The notes under the pieces are model-generated. The model did not search any database. It was given only the letters and a program-made list of their open reading frames with translations, and was not told the DNA's origin. A stretch of DNA of 64,000 nt, taken from positions 1 through 64,000 of the IMG/VR virus record IMGVR_UViG_3300003690_000024, one strand, 5' to 3'. The stretch comes from a virus. Positions within the stretch are counted from its first letter, which is position 1. Every line of letters starts with the position of its first letter. This document shows, one piece after another, positions 46,505 to 57,464 of this stretch. Made by a program: the position numbers and the translations under genes.

Positions 46505-48033
46505 TGAGTATTTTCAGATATACAGCTAGCGCCGACAACACTATTACAAATGCATTCACAGCTAATCTGCTTGAAATTAACCGTGGCTCAGGGTCAAACA
46601 TGGGATATGCGGATGCTTTAGAAATTTTTTCCATTTATGGGCAAGCCTCCTCATCCGCGGGCCAAACTCAAGAACTATCACGAGCGCTAATTAACTTTTC
46701 GACAGCATCTATAGCGGCAGACAGAACATCCGGTAAGATTCCGGCTTCTGGCAGCGTATCCTTTTATTTGAGGGTCTTCAACGCGCGAACCCCATTTACT
46801 CTTCCTCAAGATTTTACATTAGTCCTCGCGCCCGTTTCTCGTTCGTGGGTTGAGGGAAGCGGCCTCGATATGGATGAATATAAAGATCTTGGAAAGTCCA
46901 ACTGGATGTCCGCAAGCACTACAACGGCATGGACCAGTGTTGGAGGGGACTATCGCACAGGTTCCAATTATGAGGTAGTCTTCCCGCAGGGATATGAAGA
47001 CGTAGAACTTGACGTCACCGAGTTGATGGAAAGGTGGCTAGCTGATGAATTTGAGAGTTATGGGTTTGGCGTTCGTCTCACAGCGAGTCAAGAAGCATAT
47101 TACTCCGGCTCTTCGGGGGTAGACACGGGCAGCCTAATTCAGAATACTGATGGTGCAACACAATCATACTATACGAAAAAGTTCTTTTCCAGATCCACTG
47201 AATTCTTTTTTAAGAGACCAGTTATTGAAGCCAGGTGGGACTCTAGAATTAGCGACGATCGAGAGAACTTCTACTATTCTAGTTCTCTAGCTCCTTCTCT
47301 AGAGAATCTTAATACCATCTATCTTTATAATTACGTGCGCGGGAAGCTTGTCAATATCCCCACCATTGGTACGGGCCCAGTATATGTTTCTTTTTATTCT
47401 AGCTCCAATAACGTTCCGACAGCCTCTGCAATTAAGCTGTCTGAGGGCGGAGATGTTGTCGCGGCCCTAGATATAAATGCCACAGGTGGCTATGTGAGCA
47501 CCGGTATTTACTCCTGCTCGGTTGCCTTAACGGCCGCATCTACACCCTTTGCGCTGGTGCACGATGTATGGAGTAATTACAGCGGCACAATTCAATTCTA
47601 CACGGGATCTATCTATCCAGAATTGATGCCAACTTATGATTCGGCACCTAGCTTCAGCCGCATAACGTCTTGTAAGAATCTTAGAAAGAAGTATTCTAAT
47701 CAAGAGACCGCGCGTTTTAGATTTTTTGTGAGAAATAAAAATTGGAGCCCAACGGTGTATACTGTTTCGACTACCAACAATCCAACAGACATTATACCAA
47801 GCGCTTCATATTCAATTTTTAGAGTAACTGACAACTATAATGCAATTCCATATGGCACTGGCTCTGATTTGAGTACATATTTGTCCTATGATAAGGAGGG
47901 GAATTACTTTGACTTAGACCTATCTTTGCTAGAACAAGACTACATGTATGAAATTAGATTAGCATACTACAATGATAGCATCGGCTCATGGCAAGAACAG
48001 CCGCAAACGTTTAAATTTAGGGTTGAAGAATAA
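46504..48033 (+). CDS. Virion structural protein (beta-rich, Ser/Thr/Gly-rich)
   Basis: Follows gp6; DNTITN, SRALINF, WVEGSG, LDVTELMERW, KKFFSR, P.IEARWD. Confidence 0.7.
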   Translation: MSIFRYTASADNTITNAFTANLLEINRGSGSNMGYADALEIFSIYGQASSSAGQTQELSRALINFSTASIAADRTSGKIPASGSVSFYLRVFNARTPFTLPQDFTLVLAPVSRSWVEGSGLDMDEYKDLGKSNWMSASTTTAWTSVGGDYRTGSNYEVVFPQGYEDVELDVTELMERWLADEFESYGFGVRLTASQEAYYSGSSGVDTGSLIQNTDGATQSYYTKKFFSRSTEFFFKRPVIEARWDSRISDDRENFYYSSSLAPSLENLNTIYLYNYVRGKLVNIPTIGTGPVYVSFYSSSNNVPTASAIKLSEGGDVVAALDINATGGYVSTGIYSCSVALTAASTPFALVHDVWSNYSGTIQFYTGSIYPELMPTYDSAPSFSRITSCKNLRKKYSNQETARFRFFVRNKNWSPTVYTVSTTNNPTDIIPSASYSIFRVTDNYNAIPYGTGSDLSTYLSYDKEGNYFDLDLSLLEQDYMYEIRLAYYNDSIGSWQEQPQTFKFRVEE

Positions 48034-48040
48034 TTAAGAT

Positions 48041-51000
48041 ATGAGTATTAAGAAATATTTTGAAAATGTTTCAAATATTAAAGCTCTCTCTGGTAAAACT
48101 TCTCATGATATAGGCGGACAAGTTGAGTCCGCAGAGTACCATGAACAGGATATTATCAATGAGGAGAGGTTTATTCCTCATGTGGACTTCACAAAGCCAG
48201 AGAATTTCGCAAAATATGGTTCAGCCGAGGAGTATTATTTTACTGCGCTACAAAGGATCTATAGTACCTATCCTTATGATGGATCACTGAAAGAACGACT
48301 AGAGTGGCAAAACCAGTCCACATACTTAGATCTCTATATTTATGACAATCGATACCCGCGCACGAACGGTTACATTATTTTTTCATCGGCTTCTTGGGGC
48401 ACACAGCAAAGCACCACCGATGGCTACGGACTATCAGATACTCTTGAATATATTTCTTTCGAGGGCGGCCCAAACAAAAATCCAAACGGTCTAACTCCAT
48501 CGAGAATTGAATTTACAGGTTCAAACTATTATGAAGTAGCGATGAATCGGCAGTCTAATCTGCAGCTGGATATGGCTACGGATGGTGCTTCTGTTGAGTT
48601 CTGGATGAAGAAAGATGCCTTTGATACAACCAAGACTCAAAAAGAAGTTATTTTTGACCTTTGGAACGGTAAAGGTTATGCAGCACCGGACTATGCTCGC
48701 CTTACAGTTGAGCTAACCAGCTCTACTGGTCACGCCATCGCCGGCGCCGATCCGTTCCGGCTCACGATATATTCCGGCGCGCTTGGGTTCCAAACAGCAT
48801 CAGTCTGTTCCTCAAATTTCACTACGGCTTCTGTTACCGATGGAAAGTGGCACCACTACGCGTTCACGCTCAAGTCGGCATCGGCCGGCGTACAGAGTCG
48901 CTTTTATGTTGATGGTGAACTAGAGAACGAGGCTACTATCCAGACAACCGGCAGTGCCCTCGGCGCCGCGGCAGGCATTAATGATATAGACTTTTATGGT
49001 ATGCGTGCCACCATTGGCGCGCTGGCAACAAATCCGTCTGCGTCCACTGCGGCCACCGGCTCTGGTAAGTTATCTGCATCTCTTGATGAGTTCCGATATT
49101 GGAAGACACAGAGAACAGGTGAACAGATTGGTCGGTTCTGGTTTACACAAGTTGGCGGTGGTGTTAATACTGACCCGACTCCATTTATTGAGACGAAAGA
49201 AACAGCTAACGTTAATTTGGGAGTTTATTATAAGTTTAATGAAGGTATTACGGGTGTTACAGCTACCGATCGTACGGTATTAGATTATTCTGGTCGTTTT
49301 TCCAATGGTGTGTGGACCGGATATACTAGTGGCGCGCGTAATACTGGTTCCGCTATTGTCCTTTCTGACGCTGCTATTAAAGAATTTAAAGATCCAATTA
49401 TTTATCCCTTCCATCCCGAGGTACATGATCTCATCCACGCTCTTCGTTCTAGTGGTTCGGCGTACGATGTTAATAATAATGCCTCAATTTATAATTCTAT
49501 TCCAAGCTGGATTATAGACGAGGACCAAGAGGGTTCCGGCGATGTTAAGAAATTAACCCAAATTATTTCGAGTTATTTTGATACACTGCAAATGCAGATT
49601 GAGAATTTAAACAAACTTAAGGATATTGCATACATAAGTGGAAGCAACAAGCCGTTGCCGTTTTCGGAAAAGCTCTTAAGTTCCTACGGATTCGTTGCTC
49701 CCGAACTCTTCCTCGATGCGGATATTCTTGAAAAACTTGCAAATCGAAGTGAAGATAAGGTTTATGAAAAGTCGCTGGAAGATATTAAAAACATTATCTA
49801 CCAAAATATTTATAACAACTTAAGTTACATTTATAAGTCAAAGGGTACGGAAAAAGCATTTAGGAACCTTATTCGATGCTTTGGAATCGATGATGAGCTT
49901 ATTAAAATAAATATGTACGCCGACGGCGTTGAATACAATCTCGATAGTGATCGCAGAAACGTAATTGTTACTGATCGCTATATTAATTTTAACACTGTCA
50001 ACAATAAGGTAGGAACAGTATTCAACTATCAGGATCATACTAATTCGGTGGGCTTCATAACCTCTAGTACGGTACTCTCTGGAGGGCACTCGATTACTTT
50101 AGAAACTGAGTTGCTTATGCCACTTAAGCCTCTAGCTTCCTCAATTACTTATATCGACACCAACACAATCAGCTCTTCCTTGTTTGGCGTGCATGGCGTG
50201 CGCGAAATCATCACCGGCCCTAATGATACACAGTGGCCGTCAGGAAAGCATTCAGATGCCGTTAACTTCCAAGTGTACGCCGTCCGTGACGAGATAGAGT
50301 CGACTAATGCTAGGTTTGTTTTGACCGGAACTGCTGGTGGCTATGTGCCCTCTCTGAAGAGTTCTCTATATGAAAATATCTATGATAATACTAAGTGGAA
50401 TATCTCAGTTAGAGTGCGCCCTCAAAATTATCCCTTAGCTAATTTTGCCAGTGCATCTAATAATGGTAATTTCGTTGTAGAATTACATGGTGTACAGGCC
50501 GAATCCGGCGAAATTCTTCAAGAATTTACCCTTTCTGGCACTGTTACTAACCCGACTGGTTCTTTTATAACTGGTAGCCGCCGCGTTTATATTGGCGCCC
50601 ACCGTACAGATTTTACATCTTCGCTGTTAGAGCCGTCGGATGTAAAAGTGAATGCGTGTCGTTATTGGCTTGATTATCTTGATGACGAGATTCTAAAGGC
50701 TCATATCTTAGATACCGAGAATCATGGTAATCTGCTAACGCACCAGTATGCATATACTTTCAATCCGTCTGCGTCGGATGGTGATATCACAAAATTTGAC
50801 ACTCTAGTTTTTAATTGGGAATTCCTGAACAATACTGGATCTAACGCCAGCGGCCAATTTACTGTTGAAGACGTTAGTTCTGGGTCTGTCAATCTTACTC
50901 GTTTCGGTTCTCTAGGAAAGATTCTCAACCAGCAGTACACTGCTTTGGGTTATGATTTCGCCACATCTTCGGTGACGCCTATTGATAAAGACTTTGTTGT

Positions 51001-54000
51001 TTCCTCCAAACTAAACCTTCCCGAGAATATCCAATCAACAGACATGGTAAAGGTTCTAACAGCGCAGGAACGGGATATATTCACCCGAGATACACGTCCT
51101 ATTAACTACTATTTTGCCTTCGAGAAGAGCATGTATCAGGTGGTGTCTGAGGAAATAATTAATTATTTCGCTAATGTTAACCTATATCGACCCGAATATA
51201 AATCATTAAAATTCTTAAGACAAAAGTTTTTTGAAAAGGTTGCCAACTCTCAATTAGACTTTGATAAGTTCTACGAGTTTTATAAGTGGTTTGATTCATC
51301 GCTATCCATAATGCTCAATCAGTTGGTCCCTGCATCCTCTGATTTCTCGGATAGTGTACGAACGGTTATAGAAGATCATGTTTTGGAGCGTTCAAAGCAA
51401 CGCCGTATTTTCCCATTCTTAGAGAGAAAAGGGGCCACCGATATTACTGGTGCTGTCGAGGGTGGTGGTGATGCTTCTGCGCAGGCTTCCCCCCAAGACT
51501 TCCCGCCTGGTTCTGGGTTCTTTTCTAATACGGCTTTTACAAAGCGTCAGATTGGGTCGTCAAACACAATTCAGATTGATCCATGGAAGCATGTGCATGC
51601 TCCCATAGATCATGTACCGGCTATTCCTGGACATGCAAAATCCTTAGAGTTCTCAAAGGGCGGCATCGCTGATCACTACGTTGATATAGGAACTAGTGCC
51701 ACGTGGGATGCACTCATCGGAGGCTCCGGAACCGACACCAAAGCATTTAGTTTGTCTGCCTGGGTTTATATGACAGACCAGGGCGGATCCTCCCAAGGCA
51801 CTATTATTTCCTTTTCCCAAAATGATCGAGTAATTCATTATCACAGCGTTGGCGGTGGTAGATATAAGTTTTATATGGAGGGCGCCACCAATGGCGACAA
51901 ATGGTCCAACGACGGCTCGGCCGTATTTGACACTTGGACACACATTGTTGCAACCTATGAAGGGGGCACCGCCGGCGATCTGAAGATATATATCAATGGA
52001 TCGGAACAGACCGCCATCGCGCAGACTTCGATTTCCAACCCAGACGCCATCGATGGCAGCGATTGCTACATCGGCGCGCGAGATGACGGCGTCAACGCTG
52101 TAAACGAGTGGGAGGGAAATATCTGCGATGTTGCTGTATGGGGCAAAGAGCTAAACTCTACTGAAATCACTGAGCTTTATGGTTCGGGCAAAAGAGTTTA
52201 TCTTATTGGTCCGAGGCAATATATTCTGCCGCCGCTGCCTTATCTGGATCTTTTGTCCTGGTGGAGGATGGGGTCAGACTCTCGCGATACCTACAACGGC
52301 CTGATGTACGATCAAATCGGCGGCAGGGACGGAACGCCTACTAACTTTTCCGCGGGGGAGATAACCACAATCTCCCCAGAGTTTCGAGATCCTTATGGCT
52401 GGGCTCCTGGAATTCCCGGTCTGCAGGGGGTTAATCCAAATGCAAATATATATTGGCATCGGTATAGAGAAGAAAGGAGTTCATCTGTTAGAGTCGAGCT
52501 GCTTGCTGCTATTAAAAAATCTTATGATAGACGCGTTGGATCTCCTGCAAAATTCTCAGTTGAAGGAGCAGTCACCTTCGGCGGTGTTGCCCGTCATCAA
52601 AGTAATCAGCCCAACTATGTTTTTAGGGAAGTCGCACCCCTTCCGGGCGCCTCGGGCTCGCTCACAAATATTCTAGTTACACAAAAGGCAGATGTTGAGA
52701 AACTGCTCTCATCTTCATCGGATGTTTTCTATCCAAGTCTTAAGCAACGTTTGGGATTCAATATGAATCCAGACATCAATACCGACGAGCCGAATGATCG
52801 AACCCTAGATGGAAATGTGTATGCTCCGTTTAGTATGTATAGCTCCTCGGTAAGCGGCGGATATGCCGCCACTGTGTCTAGTTCTTTTACACCTGGAGTA
52901 GATATTACCAACTTGCATCACGACTATGTGTTCAATCACGATATTCCCATGCAATCACCCTTCACCGAAAAGTTTGTGGGGGGACGTCAATATAGGCATC
53001 TTCCACTTAATAGAAGCTCCTCCTTGCGCCGGCTGGATACGAACAACTCCCGCGGCGAGGCCTTCCGTATTAAGTTTGATGGTGTGGCTTCTAGGGATGG
53101 GGGCAATTTCTCCAACTCGCTCGCCATTATACCGGCTGATTCATCCGGTTCCGCAACCACGCGCGACTTTCCCACTGCTGTTCGATTCCGAGACGAAACT
53201 GCAAAACGCCCCGTAAACATTAAAAATATTTTGATGTCAACCGCGTCGCTAGACATAAATCTGTCCGGTACCATTATGCATAGCAATATTGGAAACTACC
53301 AAAAGAATTATCAAGTTGTTCAAACCTCGGGGCGCACAACTAATGATTTGTACTTCCGCGATCAAACAATGACTTTTTCTACGGCGAGCTGCATTCCTTT
53401 TATTCGCCGTAGGACCACCGACACGGAAGGATTTGAGGGCGTAAGATGGCCTCTTTCACTATTGCGAGATAAGGTAGTTACGACGAAATCCTTTTATAGC
53501 TCCGGATCCAAGGGCGTCGACGAATCTATCTCTGCACTTCGCATCCCCTACAACAAAGCGTTCGATACCGGAGGAGAGGACGTCAATAACGGAAGTACGG
53601 GCTTTACTTTTTCCTGTTGGTATTCAGCCTCGGCCGACATGTCGAGCATCGGCGTGAACCGACCTTTCTTTTCACATGGTGTGGGCACATTTCACAGTCA
53701 AAACGTAAATGGGTATACCCCCATTAGTGTGCTTGATTGGGTCGAGTGGACGCCCAAACTAAGGTATACTCGCCTGGCTACGACGGAGACTGGCGCCGAC
53801 GCCGAAGTCACGAATATGTATGAGGTGTATACAACCTTAGAGTTGATGACAGGATCTCACATTGAGGGATGGAACCATCTTGCTTTAACTTTTCAACACT
53901 CGGGTGCGGTGGATGTAGGTGCCGCCAATTGGACTACCTATGTGTATCTTAATGGCTCTAGATACACGTTTAGTTATGGAAATTCTCCTGGCAACGCCAG

Positions 54001-57000
54001 AGCCTATCCTATAGTCAGCGGGTCAGTCTATACTACTACTACCGCCTCCTATGGACAAGATCTTACTATTAAATCCTATTTTAATGCAGATGCCTATCAG
54101 GTCCCCGCGGGAGACCATGCGGCCTATCGAAATGGTGTCAATGGCAACTTGGACGAAGTATCGTATTTCAATTCGGTGCTGACTCCGCTTCAAATTGTAC
54201 AGCTTTATAATCTTGGATGCCCAGGAGATGTCAATCTTCTTGGCGCCACGGGATGGTGGGGGATGGGCGAAAGCACCAGCGGCTCTTCTGCCGACCTTAC
54301 AACGGCCGCGGCAAACGGCGGCTTTTATATACCAGATCGTACAGACAACGGATACATCGGTTTAATGACCGGATCGTTCTCAAACACAAAGACGGACGAC
54401 GAATACGACTCAGGCAGCATCCGAGCACAAATTCCGTGCCTCATCACGCTGCCCGATACTCGCTACTTAGACTTCTTGCTCCCCAACAGAGAGGACAAGC
54501 TAGCACGCTCTAACAAGACGGTCATTGTAAACCGGTTCAGTTCTCCTGGATCATTTGAGGTTTCCTCCCGCGGGTATACAATTCAGCCAGCCGAAGAACT
54601 TTCGCCCTACAATGCAGCACCATATCGCAATAGAATAGTAATCAGTTATGGCATGACTGGATCGGCATCCGCGGATCCTATTACCGTTGTAACAATCTCG
54701 CCGCGCGACCAGATCGATAAGCCTCGTGGTTTAAATCAACTTTCTACATTACATGCAGGACAATTCGGATATGACTATGCTTATGGTTCTATCCCAACCG
54801 ATACTTACATAACTATTCCTTCCTACCAAAAAACAAATAGAAACAGAGTTCTACAGATGGTGTCTGGCTCGGGACACGATGCATACTTTACTGGATCCCA
54901 GTATGACAACCTCTTCATCCAACACGCGATCCCTCGATCAACACGACAATATAGTTGGGTAACTGCATCGTTGCCCCTAAACAGTCAAATATATGGTTTA
55001 GAAGCGGAATCATGTATCAGCGCTTCTGTTCTTCAGACTGTGACCAGCTCTGGTCGTGTTGTGGGGTTCCCCCTAGGGAACGTCCGCCAGAAAGCTATAT
55101 CCAGCCCCCCGCTACCCTACATCCACGGCAGCGCACCCTATGACATAACCTCGGGATATGGGGTGTACACTGCTTTTGTCGACGCCAATCTGCAGGGCCC
55201 CGTCGGTGCTCGACCGATAAATATGGCGGATCATACTCTTTATCGACCACTGGGCGCCTTTAACAGGCGTTCTCTTTATATGTCTGGCACAAATGAGACT
55301 AATTATAATTCGCATATTTTCATTGGCACAGCTGCTAAGTGGGATAACTTAATCGGCGGTAGCGGCGACGATGCAAGACCATTTAGCATTTCATTTTGGA
55401 TGAACGCAAGGCCACAAGATAACCTTTTCCCACGAATTGTGGATTTCTCTTCAGATATGATCATTACACTCACTCAATCGACCGGCAATCCGACGACTGC
55501 CTACGAGCTTGGCTTTACAATTTACGGAAATGGAACAAACGGCACAGTTCAAACAGCTGGAAAGCTTAGGTATGGGGACTGGTATCACTTTGTGGCAACT
55601 TTTGACGGGGGAGATCCCGAAGGGGAGGACAGCGTCAAGGCCCAGCGACTCTACGTTAACGGGATAGAACAAACTCTAAAAATCAACACCCTTGATAACC
55701 CGAAAGGTTTTTATGGATATAGTTGTTATGTGGGAAATGGAGTCGGCTGGGCAACTGGAGCGGGCAGAAACTACGTAGGAAATCTAGACGAGGTTCAAAT
55801 TTATACAGCGGCCGTGAATGTAGACCAAGTTGGTATTCTTTATAATCATTCCACGCCGGCCGATCCGTATTTATTGGCAAAAGATAATCCAGAATTTCAG
55901 GACATCGCCGATTCTTTAGTAGCGTGGTGGCGCGCCGGGGACAGAGCAACCGGTGTGTATGGTTATGATGGTTCCATCTCCGAGCATCCCAGCGGGGCTA
56001 TTCTGCATGATCATTCCGGTCACAACAACGATGCAGTGATCGGACTAGGGAGCGCAGCCGTCTCCGGCCACCCTGCATACTTTACTCTCACCTCCTCCGT
56101 TCCTGGCAATTCAGCCGGCTATTCCTTCAACACGATGATGCTGAACCGCAACGGTCCATACGGCTGGCCTACTTGGAAGCAAATTCGCGCCGGGGAACAC
56201 CCTGTTGCGCGACGAATGCGACAGCAGAACTTAATTGGATCTGTATTGCCTCCTCCGTTTATCGCCGGCGACGCCGGTATTGGGGGCGTTCTCGGCCTTA
56301 GCCCGATTACGTTCGCTGACTATTATGAATCACCAGTGAATGATTCAAATCTACCCATTAATTTTATTTTTGAGGACAACACTGACGATGCAGATTCGGC
56401 CAACAACATGCAAGTTACTGTTCCGTATGCCAATCAGTTCGAATATTTTTCTCACAATGGGCTAAACAACCTCCTAAATCTTAAGATAGATACCACACGT
56501 CGTCGAGCTTATAATTCGGTTTTAGATTATGCAGTCCAAAGCAATTTGAGTTTGGTGGCCAATTATGGTCAGCGAGTTTATCCTTCAGAACGAAATGCTT
56601 ATAAGGGCACTATTCGTGGAAGGACCAAATATAACATTACGACCATCTGGTACGACGATCGCTCTACCAGGACAGCCGAAACACTTCAAAGTAAGGCTTC
56701 GTGCTCTATGGGCTATAGGCGCGTGCTATCTCAAAGTATGTGGCCGCTGGACGGACACAACAACTTCAGGACTACATCTTCACTGGCGCGCCCGTCCCAT
56801 AATGATGGGGCGGGAGAGATGCTGGCTAGTTATACCTGCTTCACAGGATCCACCGTCTCCAGCTCGGCCCGATATACAGCGTCTTCTTCAGCGACAGCAA
56901 ATCCAGGCATCCCCGCGTCCCCGAACCAATATGCGGGCCCAACGTACGCGCAGCGAATTTATGGCGGCGCGACTTTGACTGATAATTATCCTATTTTGGC

Positions 57001-57439
57001 AGGAGATGCTGAGTGGTTGGTTGCGGAACAAGCCGGCAAAGCTCCATATCAAGATTACAAGACGTATGAGACCCATATTCGAGAAGTAGGAAAAGACCAC
57101 TCAATAATTCCCGAGTTTAGAATCTCACAACATATGGAAACTTACATTGATGGGGAGGAAAATAACTTTTTAGTAGACATTGATGGTTTATTTGAGCTCA
57201 CGGGCGCCGCCTATAGTAGTAGCGCTCAAGAGCCGTTCTATAGAACTTATTCAAACGGAGATTTTCTCAAGTACTTTAAGGTTATAGATGATGATCTGTT
57301 TGGCAAGAGACCGGCGCCTCTTACTATTGTGAGAGACAAGATTACATTAAGCTGTGATGGTCTGATTAAGTTTTTGCCATATAAGGGGTTCACGCCGGCT
57401 GAGCGTACGCTACTTCCGCCGCGATTCTTCTGGCGTTGA
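48041..57439 (+). CDS. Giant virion protein with multiple LamG/ConA-like lectin domains (3132 aa; probably continues into 57465-59828)
   Basis: LamG-like signatures (SVEFW, FSLSAWV, FTFSCWY, FSISFWM; W.H..T; Y.NG; G.LDEV); baseplate-like YKSKGTEKAFRNLIRCFG. Confidence 0.8.
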   Translation: MSIKKYFENVSNIKALSGKTSHDIGGQVESAEYHEQDIINEERFIPHVDFTKPENFAKYGSAEEYYFTALQRIYSTYPYDGSLKERLEWQNQSTYLDLYIYDNRYPRTNGYIIFSSASWGTQQSTTDGYGLSDTLEYISFEGGPNKNPNGLTPSRIEFTGSNYYEVAMNRQSNLQLDMATDGASVEFWMKKDAFDTTKTQKEVIFDLWNGKGYAAPDYARLTVELTSSTGHAIAGADPFRLTIYSGALGFQTASVCSSNFTTASVTDGKWHHYAFTLKSASAGVQSRFYVDGELENEATIQTTGSALGAAAGINDIDFYGMRATIGALATNPSASTAATGSGKLSASLDEFRYWKTQRTGEQIGRFWFTQVGGGVNTDPTPFIETKETANVNLGVYYKFNEGITGVTATDRTVLDYSGRFSNGVWTGYTSGARNTGSAIVLSDAAIKEFKDPIIYPFHPEVHDLIHALRSSGSAYDVNNNASIYNSIPSWIIDEDQEGSGDVKKLTQIISSYFDTLQMQIENLNKLKDIAYISGSNKPLPFSEKLLSSYGFVAPELFLDADILEKLANRSEDKVYEKSLEDIKNIIYQNIYNNLSYIYKSKGTEKAFRNLIRCFGIDDELIKINMYADGVEYNLDSDRRNVIVTDRYINFNTVNNKVGTVFNYQDHTNSVGFITSSTVLSGGHSITLETELLMPLKPLASSITYIDTNTISSSLFGVHGVREIITGPNDTQWPSGKHSDAVNFQVYAVRDEIESTNARFVLTGTAGGYVPSLKSSLYENIYDNTKWNISVRVRPQNYPLANFASASNNGNFVVELHGVQAESGEILQEFTLSGTVTNPTGSFITGSRRVYIGAHRTDFTSSLLEPSDVKVNACRYWLDYLDDEILKAHILDTENHGNLLTHQYAYTFNPSASDGDITKFDTLVFNWEFLNNTGSNASGQFTVEDVSSGSVNLTRFGSLGKILNQQYTALGYDFATSSVTPIDKDFVVSSKLNLPENIQSTDMVKVLTAQERDIFTRDTRPINYYFAFEKSMYQVVSEEIINYFANVNLYRPEYKSLKFLRQKFFEKVANSQLDFDKFYEFYKWFDSSLSIMLNQLVPASSDFSDSVRTVIEDHVLERSKQRRIFPFLERKGATDITGAVEGGGDASAQASPQDFPPGSGFFSNTAFTKRQIGSSNTIQIDPWKHVHAPIDHVPAIPGHAKSLEFSKGGIADHYVDIGTSATWDALIGGSGTDTKAFSLSAWVYMTDQGGSSQGTIISFSQNDRVIHYHSVGGGRYKFYMEGATNGDKWSNDGSAVFDTWTHIVATYEGGTAGDLKIYINGSEQTAIAQTSISNPDAIDGSDCYIGARDDGVNAVNEWEGNICDVAVWGKELNSTEITELYGSGKRVYLIGPRQYILPPLPYLDLLSWWRMGSDSRDTYNGLMYDQIGGRDGTPTNFSAGEITTISPEFRDPYGWAPGIPGLQGVNPNANIYWHRYREERSSSVRVELLAAIKKSYDRRVGSPAKFSVEGAVTFGGVARHQSNQPNYVFREVAPLPGASGSLTNILVTQKADVEKLLSSSSDVFYPSLKQRLGFNMNPDINTDEPNDRTLDGNVYAPFSMYSSSVSGGYAATVSSSFTPGVDITNLHHDYVFNHDIPMQSPFTEKFVGGRQYRHLPLNRSSSLRRLDTNNSRGEAFRIKFDGVASRDGGNFSNSLAIIPADSSGSATTRDFPTAVRFRDETAKRPVNIKNILMSTASLDINLSGTIMHSNIGNYQKNYQVVQTSGRTTNDLYFRDQTMTFSTASCIPFIRRRTTDTEGFEGVRWPLSLLRDKVVTTKSFYSSGSKGVDESISALRIPYNKAFDTGGEDVNNGSTGFTFSCWYSASADMSSIGVNRPFFSHGVGTFHSQNVNGYTPISVLDWVEWTPKLRYTRLATTETGADAEVTNMYEVYTTLELMTGSHIEGWNHLALTFQHSGAVDVGAANWTTYVYLNGSRYTFSYGNSPGNARAYPIVSGSVYTTTTASYGQDLTIKSYFNADAYQVPAGDHAAYRNGVNGNLDEVSYFNSVLTPLQIVQLYNLGCPGDVNLLGATGWWGMGESTSGSSADLTTAAANGGFYIPDRTDNGYIGLMTGSFSNTKTDDEYDSGSIRAQIPCLITLPDTRYLDFLLPNREDKLARSNKTVIVNRFSSPGSFEVSSRGYTIQPAEELSPYNAAPYRNRIVISYGMTGSASADPITVVTISPRDQIDKPRGLNQLSTLHAGQFGYDYAYGSIPTDTYITIPSYQKTNRNRVLQMVSGSGHDAYFTGSQYDNLFIQHAIPRSTRQYSWVTASLPLNSQIYGLEAESCISASVLQTVTSSGRVVGFPLGNVRQKAISSPPLPYIHGSAPYDITSGYGVYTAFVDANLQGPVGARPINMADHTLYRPLGAFNRRSLYMSGTNETNYNSHIFIGTAAKWDNLIGGSGDDARPFSISFWMNARPQDNLFPRIVDFSSDMIITLTQSTGNPTTAYELGFTIYGNGTNGTVQTAGKLRYGDWYHFVATFDGGDPEGEDSVKAQRLYVNGIEQTLKINTLDNPKGFYGYSCYVGNGVGWATGAGRNYVGNLDEVQIYTAAVNVDQVGILYNHSTPADPYLLAKDNPEFQDIADSLVAWWRAGDRATGVYGYDGSISEHPSGAILHDHSGHNNDAVIGLGSAAVSGHPAYFTLTSSVPGNSAGYSFNTMMLNRNGPYGWPTWKQIRAGEHPVARRMRQQNLIGSVLPPPFIAGDAGIGGVLGLSPITFADYYESPVNDSNLPINFIFEDNTDDADSANNMQVTVPYANQFEYFSHNGLNNLLNLKIDTTRRRAYNSVLDYAVQSNLSLVANYGQRVYPSERNAYKGTIRGRTKYNITTIWYDDRSTRTAETLQSKASCSMGYRRVLSQSMWPLDGHNNFRTTSSLARPSHNDGAGEMLASYTCFTGSTVSSSARYTASSSATANPGIPASPNQYAGPTYAQRIYGGATLTDNYPILAGDAEWLVAEQAGKAPYQDYKTYETHIREVGKDHSIIPEFRISQHMETYIDGEENNFLVDIDGLFELTGAAYSSSAQEPFYRTYSNGDFLKYFKVIDDDLFGKRPAPLTIVRDKITLSCDGLIKFLPYKGFTPAERTLLPPRFFWR

Positions 57440-57464
57440 TGCCAAAAAGAGGTTTAGAATATTA

